DNA of 64,000 nucleotides, from NCBI GenBank assembly GCA_038087875.1, contig JAXLNO010003683.1:62001-126000 (forward strand), read 5' to 3'. Below, piece after piece: positions 36,071-50,070 of the stretch; within the stretch, counting starts at the first letter, position 1, and each line of letters starts with the position of its first letter. A model generated the notes under the pieces. That model was not told the origin of the DNA, ran no database searches, and saw only the letters and a list, made by a program, of their open reading frames with translations. Source of the DNA: Malacoraja senta (Eukaryota). The translations under genes and the position numbers were made by a program.

Positions 36071-38527
36071 TAGGCGGATTAGTGAGAAGGTAAAACCGGG
36101 CTGTGCGGCACTGGGAAATGATCAGATTAGTTAGTTATGGGGACTGACGGGAGATTCTGTGGCATAAACGGAAGACCTTTAGAGGAATATAACATCACGA
36201 GGTACATAGTTAAGAACATGATTTCCCAGTGCAGAAATGTCAAAGACTAGAAGATATACATTTTAATGTTTAGTTTAGTTCAGAGACACAATGTGGAAAC
36301 AGCACCTTCGACCCACAGAGTACAAGCCGACCAATGGTCACCCATAGACTAATTATTTCCTACATACTGGGGACAATTTACAGGAGCCAAATTAACAAAC
36401 AACGTCTTTGAAATATGGGAATATCCGGAGTACCCGGAGAAATCCCACGCGGTCACAGGAAGAACATACAACCCCCGGACAGCAACAGTAATCAGGAAGG
36501 AAACCGGGAATGTAACGCTGTACGGCAGCAATTCTACCTCTGTGCCCCTATGCTGCTCTGGACAAAGGTGTGTGGTCAACTATTTAAAGGAGACTAGACC
36601 ACTGGGACCCGTTGGCTTCCTGTCACACGGGATGCCTGGTATCCCAAAGCAATATTCCACCACTAACTGGTAGCCCCCACGGGATGTGTGGTTCCCCAAC
36701 CTAAGATTCCACCCTCCTGCCGCAACACTTCCAATTGCAATACTTCACCCCCCCCCCCCTCCTGTTCAAGCACTTGCTGGCAGGAGCTGTACTTGACAGG
36801 AATAGACCATTCGCTCCTCAGTGACGACTATAATGCCAAGTTAAGCTAATCTCCTCTGCCCACATATGATCCAATTTCCTCTATTCACTGCATGTCCATG
36901 TGTCTATATACAAGCCACTTAAGCTCCACTTGGATGTTGCTCTTCCAACACCCCTGGCAGCGCGTTGCAGGTACTCATCGTTATGTTAAAAATACAACCC
37001 CGCACATCTCATTCAAACCTTGACAGTTTCACCGTAAAACCTTGTAGGCTGTGGGCCGAGGAACTTTATTTCGTGACCCGTCACAGAATTACATGAAATT
37101 TTCACATATTGTGTAAAAATATTATATAAATCACCCCTGGAACTCGTCGAGTACAAGACTTGCACATTTTTATTAAATTAAAGAAAAAACTGAAAATTAT
37201 CGGGTATTTTTAGTCCAATCAAAGCACGTTTAACATTGAGTTGTATGCCAGTTGGCCAATGACGCGCTTTGTTTCAGGCTAGCTAGGCAGGGAGCACACA
37301 ACATGGCTGATAGTACTTCTACTGATGCCTGTTTTACTGGAGATTACGATGAAGATTCTTTCTAGTTCTGTGGGATACACGTCGTGCAAACTTGCCGCAG
37401 GGTAATTGAATTTAGTGAGAAAAGCATTAAGATGTCTGAAGAATGTGCAGCTAAGTGGATAGAAGTGGGGAAAAAGTCTTGAAAGCTAAGTCGCTGCTGA
37501 GGTGCTGCAACAGAGTTGTGAAACCAGTCAAACTTTGTGAATCAACTCAAACAGAAAGGTAAGATCTAAAGTCTGAATTTATGAAAATTAATCTGTATGG
37601 ACTTTAATTCATTTAATTGCACCCTTTATAATGTGAAAATATGAGTTNNNNNNNNNNNNNNNNNNNNNNNNNNNNNNNNNNNNNNNNNNNNNNNNNNNNN
37701 NNNNNNNNNNNNNNNNNNNNNNNNNNNNNNNNNNNNNNNNNNNNNNNNNNNNNNNNNNNNNNNNNNNNNNNNNNNNNNNNNNNNNNNNNNNACTATGTGT
37801 ATCCATAGCAAGGTAAATTAAACATTGTCTTTAATGCCAGCTTGTTGTAGTCTAATAAGTCTTTAACATCTAATCTCGGAGCTGCCTGCGATCACTTACC
37901 GAGTACAAGTGCTCCGATTGCGGGGCCTATGTACTTAACATAGTGAAGCCGCGGCCTCAATTAAGAAGCGGACGATTCGCGAACGCGGAGCCGCGGAGTG
38001 TGTTTGGATCATCTCCGCCGGGGGGGGGGGGGGGGGGGGCTGTACATAGTGCCGTCCGCTACGGCCGTTTCCAGGCCCCGACCACGGGAGAAAAACGGAG
38101 GAATATTCATTGCATTTATAGGCTGCCATTGGAGTGAGAAATGGTCAGAAATGGCTGATGTTTATGTAGAAATGAATAGGTGTATGTGAACTTGAACTAA
38201 TTTATCTATGGTAGTAACCTAGTGTTATCTCATTAACATTAAGAAGAGGTTGAAATTTTATGAATTGAAGTCCATGCAGACTTAATGACTATGAGATTTT
38301 TTTTTGTAGCCTCTGCCTGACCCTCCACTTGAACTTGCACTAACTTATCAATGGACATCAAAAGACTTGGAATCTGATGAAGAATATTCAGATGAAGATC
38401 AGATGTAATGTAAACAAATAAATTGGGGAAATAAATTATTATATAAAGTTTTATTTTAGTGTCGATCGTTTCACTGTTTATTTGGTCAAATTATTTAAAC
38501 AATGAGTGAATTACGTATGATAATGGC

Positions 38528-38840
38528 GTGCTGGTGAATGACAGTGCGACAGTCCACCCACCCATCCACACATACATACACACATCCACACACACATCCA
38601 TCCGTACGCACACTTCCATGCATGCACACACACACATACATACATGCACACATACATCCGCACACACACACACACACATACATCCGCACGCAGACATACA
38701 TGTACACATCCATGCACACACATACATCCACACACATACATCCAAACATACATCCACACACATACATCCACATATACATCCACACATCCATCTATCCACA
38801 CATACACACACACTTACATCCACACATCCACAGATACACG
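38528..38840. repeat. (CA/CATA/CATC)n compound microsatellite
   Basis: Seen directly. Confidence 0.9.
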
Positions 38841-41179
38841 TTTGACAGTCAACTGACTGTCAAATTAACTTTAACCCAATGTCTGCAGTATGCTATTTGC
38901 ACTTTTCTATATTGCACCTTTTATTAATGAATATTTTATATAATGTATATGTCCATTGTCTATTTTTATTGGTATACTGTCTGTCTGTGTTATAAATATT
39001 ACTTGCACATTGGAGTATGGGGAAACGCAATTTCAATCCTCTGTGTAACTACTTGTTGCATTATTTGAATTGACAATAAAGTTACTTTTACTATTACTAT
39101 TACTGACAGGTATACACAGACACACACACAAACTACAGATACTCAAACAATGCAACACTTTTAGGGTTATTTTAGGTTTAAAGTAATAGCCCTCATTTGC
39201 AAAGGCACCATCGGGGGGTCTCTAACATAAATATAAGGTCATTGTAGCTTTAAATGAATACTCATCGAGTAAACATCAGAGCATTCGATTCTTGGTCAGG
39301 ATGTGACATTTACATCAGAAGTAAGACAGGTCACTTACAGGTCTGCCACCCAGCCTGGTACTGCCCCAGTCCCACTATGGCCGTCACCCCCACTCTCCCC
39401 ACTATGGCAGTCAGTGGGGTTCAGTAAAAGGGGGAACCCAGAGGATCTGTCCTGACCCTTTAATTAGGCGGGTTCATGTGCCCTTAAAACCTGGGACCTC
39501 TGCTGCAGTCTCATTACATTTCATATTAAAGCGACTGGAAGATGCCTTGCTGGACTGTCCCCCAGCCTGGCACTGCCCCAGTCCCACTATGGCCGTGACC
39601 CCCACTCTGCCGGGGGGTTCAGTAAAGGGAGGAACCCACAAGGGCTGTGGGTTGGCAGCGCCCACGCGCGGGGCCGGGTGGAGAGGGGCCGCGGCTCCTG
39701 TCAGCGGACACATGGGGACGAAAACCCGGCAACGTTCCCGTCATCGGTAGCAGAGTAGGGGACAGTCTGGTCCCTCCGCTCACCCAGAGTCACTGACCGC
39801 GCTGCACCGGCACCCCGACCTCTCACCACCCCCCCCCCTCCAACCACCCCCCTCCTCAACCACTACACCCCCCCCGACCACCACCACCCCCCCCCCGACC
39901 ACCACCACCCCCCCGACCACCCTTGACCACCCACCGCCCCGACCACCCACCACTCCGGAACCTGGACTGGAATGTGGAAAATATTTTTTCAGTTATATTA
40001 CGTGGCATCAAATCACAAAAGCGACAAATAAGATAAGTGGGTGGGGGAGGTTATGATGAGGGCGGGGATTGGGGTGGGGAGCAAGATGACGGGAGAGTTG
40101 TACGGACCAAAGATATTAGAGGAGCAAGTTAGACCATTCCTGCAAAATCCAATGGACAGACGTGTAGTACGCAACGGAACGCAACGGAACGTCACTTCCA
40201 ACTATTTAGGAATAAGACCCCGATCCCCGTTATACCTCTCGCAGTTTAATCCCCGCCAGTCCATTGGATTTTGCAGTTTATCTTGGCCTCTTAGCCTTCT
40301 ATGTTAGACCATTATTATCTTTGTTTATAATAAATAAAGTGCTTTAAAAAAATTTTTTTAAAGGGAAACTGCGTATAAAATGGGCGACAATGCGCAATGA
40401 AAGGTCTCTGGACCATATGCATTCTATGATCTTTAGTTTAATCAGTGTTGTGGGGGTACGGTATGTGTGTGTTTCTGTGTGTGAGTGGCAAGATAGAGAT
40501 AATAGATTTCAAAGTTCCTCATGGATCAGACGCAACTTTGATTTAAAGCAACTCATGATGTACATGAGCCATTCTCATGATGTACATAAGCCATAAAGGC
40601 AATTATATTTGCCTTTATTTTTTTGCCTATAAGATATAAGGAACATAAGCAATAATATATTTGCCTATATTTTTGCCTATATTTATATATTATAAACACG
40701 TATATATATATTATATATATGACACACACACATATACGAATGTGATATTGATGTATATAATTATATAACACACATATTTCTCTAGTTTCTTATATATATA
40801 AACACATATATTCATTATATATGTATATATTACAGGGCTCTCGCTAAATCTTTTCCCCTGTTGCCAGCCGGGTAACCTAGGTTGCCAAATGACAGTTTAG
40901 GTGGTCATTTAAGACGGCTTGCATGACACGTGCGATAATGTGCTTGGACGAAGTGCGTAGTTACCAGTCGAAATTATGGTCAATGAAGCATTCACGTATT
41001 ATTTCTGCTTCAAATAAAGTCACAAACTAAACATATTCACCAATCAAGACCTGATATATACCACAATGACATGCAGCAAAATTACAATACAGTATCTCAT
41101 CTCCTTTTACACGTTGCAATGAATGCAATTTCTATTGTTTCTTTCCATTTCCAAACAAAATTCTGGTTGGATTATTCAG

Positions 41180-42360
41180 CGCATGATCAACCTCGGTGAG
41201 ACCAAGTGCAGGCTTGGCGATCGCTTCGCACAACACCTACACTCAGCTCGCAATAACCAACCTGATCTCCCGGTGGCTCAGCACTTCAACTCCCCCTCCC
41301 ATTCCGAATCCGACCTTTCTGTCCTGGGCCTCCTCCATGGCCAGAGTGAGGCCCACCGCATATTGGAGGAGCAGCACCTCATATATTGCTTGGGTAGTTT
41401 ACACCCCAGCGGTATGAACACTGGCTTCTCTAATTTCAGGTAGTCCTTGCTTTCTCCCTCCTTCCCCTCTCGTTCCCAGCTCTCCCACAGCCTACTGTCC
41501 CCGCCTCTTCCTTTCTTTTTCCAGACCACCCCCCCCATCCGTAATCAGTCTGAAGAAGGGTCTCGACCCGAAACGTCGACTATTCCTTCGCTCCATAGAT
41601 GCTGCCTTACCCGCAGATTTTCTCCAGCTTTGTCTACCAACGGGACCCCACCACTGGCCACATCTTCCCATCTCCTCCCCTGTTGGTTTTCCGCAGAGAC
41701 CGCTCCTTCCGTAACTCCCTGGCCATTTCGTCCCTTCCCACCCACACCACTCCCTCTCCTGGCACTTTCCCTTGCAACTGCAGGAAATGCTACACTTGTC
41801 GCTTTACCTCCACCCTTGACTCCATTCAAGGACCCAAGCCGTCTTTCCAGGTACGGCAGAGGTTCACCTGCACCTCCTCCAACCTCATCTATTGCATCCG
41901 CTGCTCTTGGTGTCAGCTGCTCTACATCGGAGAGACCAAGCATAGGTTTGGCAATCGCTTTGCCCAACACCTCCGCTCGGTTCGCAATAACCAACCTGAT
42001 CTCCCGGTGGCTCAGCACTTCAACTCCCCCTCCCATTCCGAATCTGACTTTCTGTCCTGGGCCTCCTCCATGGCCAGAGTGAGGCCCACCGTAAATTGGA
42101 GGAGCAGCACCTCATATTTTGCTTGGGCAATTTACACCCCAGCATTATGCAAATTGACCTACAATTTCAGGTAGTCCCTGCTTTCTCCTCCGCTTCCCAG
42201 CTCTCCCTCAGCCCACTGTCTCTGCCTCTTCCTTTCTTCTTCCCGCCCCCTCCACCCTCATATCAGTTTGAAGAAGGGTCTCGACCCAAAACGTCGCCTA
42301 TTTCCTTCGCTCCATAGATGCTGCCTCACCCGCTGAGTTTCTCCAGCATTTTTGTCTCCC
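41180..42360 (+). mobile_element. Partial-tandem PLE 3' ends (two GIY-YIG fragments, each followed by a hammerhead-type repeat)
   Basis: GETKCRLGDRFAQH..VAQHFNSPSH (41190-41440) and FPCNCRKCYTC..YIGETKHRFGNRFAQH (41760-42170); motifs at 41550 and 42268. Confidence 0.88.
41550..41577 (+). ncRNA. Minimal hammerhead ribozyme motif, intact core
   Basis: CTGAAGA-A-GGGTC-TC-GACCC-GAAA-CG-TC; 5-bp stem II. Confidence 0.65.
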
Positions 42361-43984
42361 CATTCACACAAGTTCTGTTATCCCACTTTCCTCACCCACT
42401 CCCTGCACGTTAGGGGCAATTTTACAGAGACAAGTTAACCTACAAAGCCAATGCGTCTTTGGGATGTGGGAGGAAACCTACACGCTTGCAGGGAGAATGT
42501 GCAAATTCAACACAGACAGTGCCAGAGGACAGGATCGAACACAGATCCTTGGCGTGTGAGGCAGGAAGTCCACCAGCTGTGGACTTACTTTCGCATTGAA
42601 AATAAAAAAATTAAACCGTTTTCGGTCGCCTCCTTGACGGAGAGGCGACTTTTTCCATGTCGCCTCCCTCGCGGCCTAACAGCTTGGATTGGAGCGGCCT
42701 TCCCCGGAGTCAGGCCGGAGCATCAGCTGCAGGCGCAGCATGGACTTTTCCATCACGGAGCGGGCAAACCCTTGCCAGGGGTCGCCAAAAAGGAGTGCTC
42801 CAATCGCTGGCCTGGTGACTTTGGCATCATGGGGCTGTCGTCTGCGGAGCTTGTAGTCGCGGGCGTAGCGTGGACTTACCATCCGAAGTCTGTAATCCCT
42901 GCGGCCTATAACATCCTGAAGCCGCGATCTACGGTAGGAAAGTGCCGATTCGGGACCGCCAAGCCACGGAGTGTGTTTGACCATCCCGACGTCGGAGTTT
43001 TGATCATCCCGACGAGAGGGCCTGTACATTCGGCCGTCCGTAGCAGTGACTACGGAGGGTTTATGGCCCCAACCATGGGTGAACAAAGGAGGAGGACTGG
43101 CTGAACCTTGTTGCCTTCCACCAGTGAACAATGCTGTGGTGGATGTTTGTGTTAAATCATATTGTGTATTGTGTGTTTTTTAAGTGTAGTGCTGCTGGCA
43201 AATTCATTTCACTGCACCTTCGGGTGCATGTGACGAATAAAATTGACTCTGACTTTGGTACTTTTAGGCAGCAACTTTAAGGCCAATGTACTGCCCCATA
43301 GTCTTCAACTGAATTAAAACACACAGTAGCTGTAAAGGGGACGCAGAGTGACTTAGAGATTTAAGACTGAAAATGGATAGTTTATTTTGGTTATTTGTTA
43401 GTAACCAAAGTTACCAACGCATATTTTTTTGCGCATTGGAATCAAGAAATAGTGGCACAGCTGGTAAAGTTGCTGCCTCACATGTCAGAGATAGAACTAG
43501 TGTGAATGGGTGATTGATGGTCAGCATGGGCTTGGTGGACCGAAGGGCCTGTTTCCATGCTAAATCTCTAATGGATATATGCAAGAGACCAAAGTATGAA
43601 GATGCACTGAAAACCTAGAGGGCTGAAAGATTGGAGGAGGCAGCGTGAATGGCAAAATTCATGTTTCTTTTTCATCTGCTCTGACAACCACAGGTTAGGT
43701 GAATAAATCAAACTGTTTCCTGATTTTATTTTTGATTCTGACAGATTTTTGATGCACACACATGCAAAATGCACACACAGCTGATTGCATACACACATGG
43801 ACACACGCATGGTCACTCGCATATGTTGAATGCATCCGTACACGCACACACTTAACATACACACATGTGACACACACAGGGCAGAGTGACAGTTCACTAT
43901 CAATGGTGATAGATGTATGGCAGTGTTCATTGGGTGCATCTGTGCACACACACAAACACACACTCAGACACACAAGCGTAATTC

Positions 43985-44850
43985 CAATTTCCAATTCAAT
44001 TCCAATTCAAATTTATTTGTCTTTTGAGGGACAAATTTGTCATTTGGACCCCTTGAGGTCCAAACGAAATGTCGTTTCTGCAGCCATACAATACAAAACA
44101 AAGAAGACCCGAGACACAACACAATTTACACATACATCCATCACAACGCTGTGATGGAAGGCAAAAATAACGTATCTCTCCACTGCACTCCCCCCCCCCC
44201 CCCCCCCCCCCGATGTCAGAGTCAAAGTCAAAGCCCCCGGCGGGCGATGGTGATTGTCCCGCAGCCATTAAAGCCACGCCGGGTGATGCAAGGTCGCGCA
44301 CCGGGTCTTGGTGTTAGAGCCCCGGCGCTCGCCCGCAAAGTCCGGCAGCCATTCCAAGCCGCGCGGGGGTATAAAGCCCCGCTCCAGGTGCTCCTCAACC
44401 CCGCAACTCGGGCGGGAGAAGTCGCCGCTGCGGAAGCCCCGAAAAGCAGTCTCCCACCAGGGGACCCGCGGGCTTCCAGTGTTGCCGTCCGCCAGACCCG
44501 CGGTTGTAGCCTCCGAATCTCCGGCGGTCGGGTCGCAGCAGCGATTGTCTCCACCACAGCTCCACCCGCTCCGGACTCGGCCAGCCCCGCGACGGTGAGT
44601 AGTCCGCAGCTCCACGGGAGCCCCAGGTCGTTCCTGCTGGAGGCCGCTCCACGTTGCCCAGCCCCAACGACAACGGAGACCCGACAAAGAAAAGGTCGGG
44701 TCTCCCGTGCAGCGGAAAGATTTTAAAGTTTCCCCCCCCCCCACCCCCCCACACACATACCCCGACAAAAAAAATTAATAAAAACTACATAAAAACGAGA
44801 CAAAAATAATAAAAAGACAGACGGACTGCAGAGGCCGCTGCAACGAAAAG
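43985..44850 (-). repeat. Unclassified ~850-bp interspersed repeat (second copy 58215-59050, +)
   Basis: Shared blocks ctgcacgggagacccgacc, ggcgtggctttaatggc, cgcccgccgggggct and aataaa + (TTGAA/TTGGAA)-like tail. Confidence 0.7.
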
Positions 44851-45499
44851 TCGCGCCGCCCACCGATTCAAAGTAACACACACGATGAACTTAGATCCTA
44901 ATTCCTGGGATCGCGGTGAATCACTGTGACTGTAAGTGGCTCCCATTGTCTGTCGGTCACTCAGATCTGAAATCAAATCTTACGCACATCTTCAACTTGC
45001 CTCGGTGGCTGGAGACGACGATTCTTGCTGTGTTGCACCAGTCACTGAAAACAAAGGAACACAACGAGTGAGTGATGTTGGAGGGGGCACAACAATGTAA
45101 GCCGAGAGGGAAACAGACAGTAATAAATTACTGGGGGACGCACATAGTAATGTGTCCAGAGTACACCAGGGAGTAAAGGTTGTCATGGTGCAAAACGGTC
45201 AAACAATATTTGAGGAAACATACAGTAATAAATCATGATAAAGGGCTCGGTAAGTCCTGCTGAGTTACTCCAGCATTTTGTGCCTATCTTCGGTCAATAA
45301 GTATCAGAGGGCCTGTCTATCAGTGGAAAGGGAATCTTCTGAAAGATAAAATGGTGAGAGGGGCAAAGTTTCAAGGAGATGTGCGAGGCAAGTTTTTCTT
45401 CTTGTTTTCATTTTACACGGAAGACGCTGAGTGCCTAGAATATGCAAGGGTGGTGAATCTGTGGAATTCTTGGCCACAGAAGGCTGTGGAGGCAAAGTC

Positions 45500-46720
45500 A
45501 GTGGATATAGTTAAGGCAGAGATAGATAGATTCTTGATTAGTGCGGGTGTCAGAGGTTGTGGGAGATTTCAATATGCAGGTAGACTGGGAAAATCAGGTT
45601 GGCTATGGACCCCAAGAAAGGGAGTTTGCAGGGTGCCTCCAAGATGGATTCTTAGAGCAGCCTGTACTGGATCCTACCAGGGAGAAGGCAATTCTGGATT
45701 TAGTGTTGTGTAATGATTTGATAAGGGAACTCAGGGTAAAGGAACCATTAGGAAGTAGTGACCATAACATGATGTTTAAATCTACAATTTGAGAGGGAGA
45801 AGGTAAAATCAGAAATGTCAGTATTGCAGTTGAACAAAGGGGACTATGGAGGCAGGCGGGAGGAGCTGGCCAAAGTTGACTGGATAATGATAGGTTGGGT
45901 GAGTGGGGAGATGCATGGCAGATGCAGTATAATGTGGACAAATGTGAGGTTATCCACTTTGGTGGCAAGAACAAGGCAGATTATTATCTGAATGGTGTCA
46001 GATTAGGAAAAGGGGAAGTGCAACAAGTCCTTGTACATCAGTCACTGAAAGTAAACTTGCAGGTACAGCAGGCAGTGAAGAAAGTTAATGGCATGTTGGC
46101 CTTCATAACGAGAGGATTTGAGTAAGAGCAAAGAGGTTCTTCTGCAGTTGTACAGGGCCTTGGGGAGACCACACCTGGAGTATTGTGTGCAGCTTTGGTC
46201 CCCTAATTTGAGGAAGGACATTCTTGCTATTGAGGGAGTGCAGCATAGGTTCACGAGGTTAATTCCCAGGATTGTGGGACTGTCATATGATGAAAGAATG
46301 GAACGACTGGGCTTGTATTCACTGGAATTTAAGATGAGAAGGGATCTTACAGAAACACATAAAATTATTGAGGGATTGGACAAGCTAGATGCAGGAAACA
46401 CTTTCCTGATGTTGGGGGAGTCCAGAAACAGGGACCTCAGCTTAAGAATAAGTGGTAGGCCATTTAGAAGTGAGATGTGGAGAAACATTTTCACACAGAG
46501 TTGTGAATTTGTGGAATTCTCTGCCTCAGAAGGGAGTGGAGGCCGATTCACTGGATGCATTCAAAAGAGAGTTGGATAGAGCTCAGGGCTAGCGGAATCA
46601 AGGGATATGGAGAGAAGGCAGGAACAGGGTACTGATTGTGGATGATCAACCATTGAATGGCGGTGCTGGCTCGAAGGGCCGAATGGCCAACTCCTGCACC
46701 TATTTTCTATGTTATGGGGA
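45500..46720 (+). mobile_element. CR1 LINE with internal deletion (EN fragment joined to RT C-terminus)
   Basis: VVGDFNMQVDW..ILDLVLCN..LGSSDHNM, then WQMQYNVDKCEVIHFG..LYRALGRPHLEYC. Confidence 0.88.
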
Positions 46721-48573
46721 GAAGGCAGGAGAATGGGGTTAGGAGGGGGAGATGAATCAGCCATGATTGAATGGCGGAGTAGACTTGATGGGACAAATGG
46801 CCTAATACCACTCATTTCGCTTATTATCTTCTGAACCATATGTGGCGGTAGAGGCAGATGTGATAGTGGTGTTTACGAGGTAGTAGATAGGCACATGGAT
46901 ATGCATAGAATGGAGAGATTTGGATTATGTGCAGACAGATGAGAATAGCTAATCTTGGCCTTGCGTCTGGCACAGTGTGGACGTAAAGGCCTGTTCCTGT
47001 GCTGTACAGATAAATGTTCACAACCTATGCAGTCTAGTTTTAGTACAGCAGTCAACAGACCCTGACTATCTCCCCTATCTATGTCCCTCATAAAGCTATA
47101 AACCACAACCTCACAGCTTTGATTCCCACCGCAACAGCCCAGACATCACTCCCCTGGCAAGGTTATCTTTAAATACAAGGAACAGCAGATGCTGGTTTAC
47201 AGCAATAGCAACAAAATGCTTGAGTATCTCAGCAAGTCAGGCAGTATCTCTGAAGGAGAGCATGAGGCAACATTTGCGTTGGGACCCTGCAGACTGATTG
47301 TGGTAGAGGGAGGGGAGAAGGCTGAAAGAGAGGTGGGGCTGGGACAAAGTCTGGCAAGTGACAAGTGGATATATACCACATCCAGGTGGGCAAGAGAGGT
47401 GGGTATTTGTCTCACCCCATGACACAACATTCATGGGGACACACCATCCCCTCCATGACACACTGGTAAACCTGAGGAGCACCTTCAGCAACAGACTGGT
47501 TCCACTAAGATGCAGTACAGAACGCCACAGGAGATCCTTCCCTGTGGCTATCAAACTGTACAACTCCTCCCCCTTCTGTGGGGTAGACTGACTCCCCTCC
47601 CCAATATCTGCACATCGCCAATCCTTTCCACTCATCACTAATTTCATGTTTCATGTATCTTGTGTTTTATGAATGTTGGCAGATCAATTTCCCTCATGGG
47701 ATCAATAAAAGTTCTATCGTATCGCATCATCCAGATTGCTTCCCCTACAACAATTAGTATGGTGGGTCCTGACCCGAAACGTCACCTATCCTCATCCTCC
47801 AGAGATGCTGCCTGATCCGCTGAGTTACTCCAGCACTTAGTGTCCACTTTCTACAGTACTTCCCTGAAAGTGGCAACATATGTGGAGAGAGTGGTCAAGA
47901 AGGCATATGGTCTGCTTGCTTTCATGGGTCATGGGTGCATTGACTATAACAGTCAGGAAGTCATGATGCATCTTTATAGGACTTTGGTTTAGGCTGCATT
48001 TGGAGTATTGCATCCAGTTCTGGTTGCCCCATTATAGGAAGTATTTGGAAGCTTTGGAGAGTTTGCAGGAGGTTTGCCAGAATATTTTGCCTGGATTAGG
48101 AGGCATTAGCTACAGGGAGAACTTGGACATACTTGGATTGTTTCCTCTGGAATGCCGGAGGTTGCGGTGAGACCTAATAGAGGTTTGTAAAATGATGAAA
48201 GGCATAGATGGGGTGGAGAGTCAGGATCCTTCTCCCAGAATTTAAAAAATCAAATACTAGAGGGCATTACATTAAAGTGAAAAGGGTAGAGTTTAAAGGA
48301 GATGTGTGGGAAACGTTTCTTTTTACACAGAGGATGGTGAGTGCCTGGAACGTGCTGCCAGGGGTGGAAGTTGAAGCAGATACAATAGTGGCATTTGAAA
48401 GACTTTTAGATAGGCACATGGATATGCATGAAATGGGGAGATATGGATTATATGCAGGTAGATAAGCGATGGTCTTGGCATCATGTTCATTGTGCGCTGA
48501 AGGGCCAGTTCTTGTGCTGTATTGCTCCATGTTTTGTGTGTATCTTTGCTTCACTCTCTCTGAGACTGTGTCG

Positions 48574-49435
48574 CTACAAACCATTGATTTCGGTGACTTG
48601 CGCCTGGCCACCTCTGGCCCAGATGTCGGTGACGGCCGTCATGACCGCCAGGCACCTGCCAAAGTCTTCGGCCGGACACTGGGTGGCGAGGGAGGAGAGT
48701 TTGCGAGCTACCTTGAAGGCCTGGCGGTATCGCTCCTGCTGCACCTTGTCCCGCTCCCTCAGCGACGCGGGGCGGGAGCTGACCGCCGAGGAAGTGCTCC
48801 TGCGTCCAGCGCCCGGCGCAGAGCGAGGGCTCGAAGAGGTCGGAGCCCAGTCGCCGCCGGAGAGCCAGGACGTGCCGGCAGGGGAGCCTCATGGAGGTGC
48901 GGAAGGTGCACTGGCAGCTGGCCTGGTCCGTCACGAGGACCCGGCGCCTGCACACGGGCCAGGCCCTCTCGGCCTCCACACTGAGGAAGGAGACCCACTC
49001 CGCTTCCTCCAGCTCCCTCCGCACCCGGCGGAAGGCAAAGTCGGTGAGCAGCTCCCGGTAGAGAAAGACTCGGCGGAGTTGTCCTGCGGCCCTGCAGGAG
49101 GCGCTCTCTGCAACACCCGCTGGTCACACTCGGCCCGCACCGTGTCCACTGCCTTCAGGAGGTCCCGGGTGAAGGAGGTCACGTCGGAGAAGTCCTCGAC
49201 CGCGGCCGCCAGCCTCTGGCTCTGCGCCTGCACCCGCTGAAGGGTGCTGGTGAGGTAGCTCTCGTTCTCGTGCTTGAAGCCCTCCACCCACTGGCGGCGG
49301 GACCCGTGCCACGTCTTGTGGAAGTAGTCGACGGCGCTCTCCGCATTGGAGTCCAGCAGCTGCCGGTACAACAGGTCATAGTCCTCAGTCGACGTCGCGT
49401 AACACATACTGTGCAGGGTCTGCAGCAGCTGGCTC
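48574..49435 (-). CDS. ZSWIM3-like gene, coding exon 5 (SWIM zinc finger); two frameshifts in homopolymers
   Basis: Acceptor ttcccgccag| phase 2; SQLLQTLHSMCYA..YFHKTWH..WVEGFK..LYRELLTDFAF..CQCTFRTSMRLPCRHVL (CxC..CxH)..RWT..RYRQAFKVARKLSSLA..IW..; shifts near 49065 (A/T run) and 48770 (G/C run); TAG at 48576-48574. Confidence 0.85.
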
Positions 49436-49921
49436 CTGGCGGGAAGAAAGGGAAGAGGTGACAAGGTTAGGAACCTCCTGGTGCAGCACGGTGGGCGTAG
49501 CGGTAGAGTTGCTGCCTTACAGTGCCAGTCCCAGGATCCATCCTGACTACAGGCATTGTCTGTGTGGAGTTTGTACCTTCTCCCTGTGACCATGTGGGTT
49601 TCCTCCGGTTCTCCGGTTTCCACCCACGTTCCAAAGACGTGCGGGTTTGTACGTTAATTGGCCTCTGTAACGAGTGTAGCCTAGAACTAGTGTGAACGGG
49701 TGATCAATGGTCAGCGTGTACTCAGTGGGGGCAAAGGGCCTGTTTCCACGCTGTATCTCCAAAACTAAACTAAACTCTCACCTCAACAGTCCCCATCGGA
49801 TACAAGAAAAACTCCAACATTTCTTTCCAGAAGAAAAATAAAGTGACCTCCTAAATGACCACTGAACAGTGGAGTCAAACAGCATGGAAATAGGCCGCTC
49901 GCCCCAACTCGTCCTTGCTGC

Positions 49922-50070
49922 CCAAGATGCCCCATCTAATGCTGCCAAGATGCCCCCTCTAATGCTGACCTAGATGCCCCATCTAATGCTGACCAAGATG
50001 CCCCATCTAATGCTGACCAAGATGCCCCATCTAATGCTGACCAAGATGCCCCATCTAATGCTGACCAAGA
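49922..50070. repeat. 24-bp tandem repeat (ccaagatgccccatctaatgctga) x~6, intronic
   Basis: Seen directly; gives the spurious MPHLMLTK repeats. Confidence 0.9.

Noticed and set aside
40833-41120. hAT-like terminus CAGGGCTCTCGCT
   Set aside because: No matching opposite TIR or transposase found in the window.
42451-44768. 150-230 aa GC-rich ORFs (42451-43104, 44037-44726, 44268-44768)
   Set aside because: They lie within interspersed repeats, show no recognisable domains, and are open in several frames because of GC content.
49922-50070. 24-bp repeats as a CRISPR-like array or coding repeat
   Set aside because: No spacers, eukaryotic intron, simple tandem repeat.
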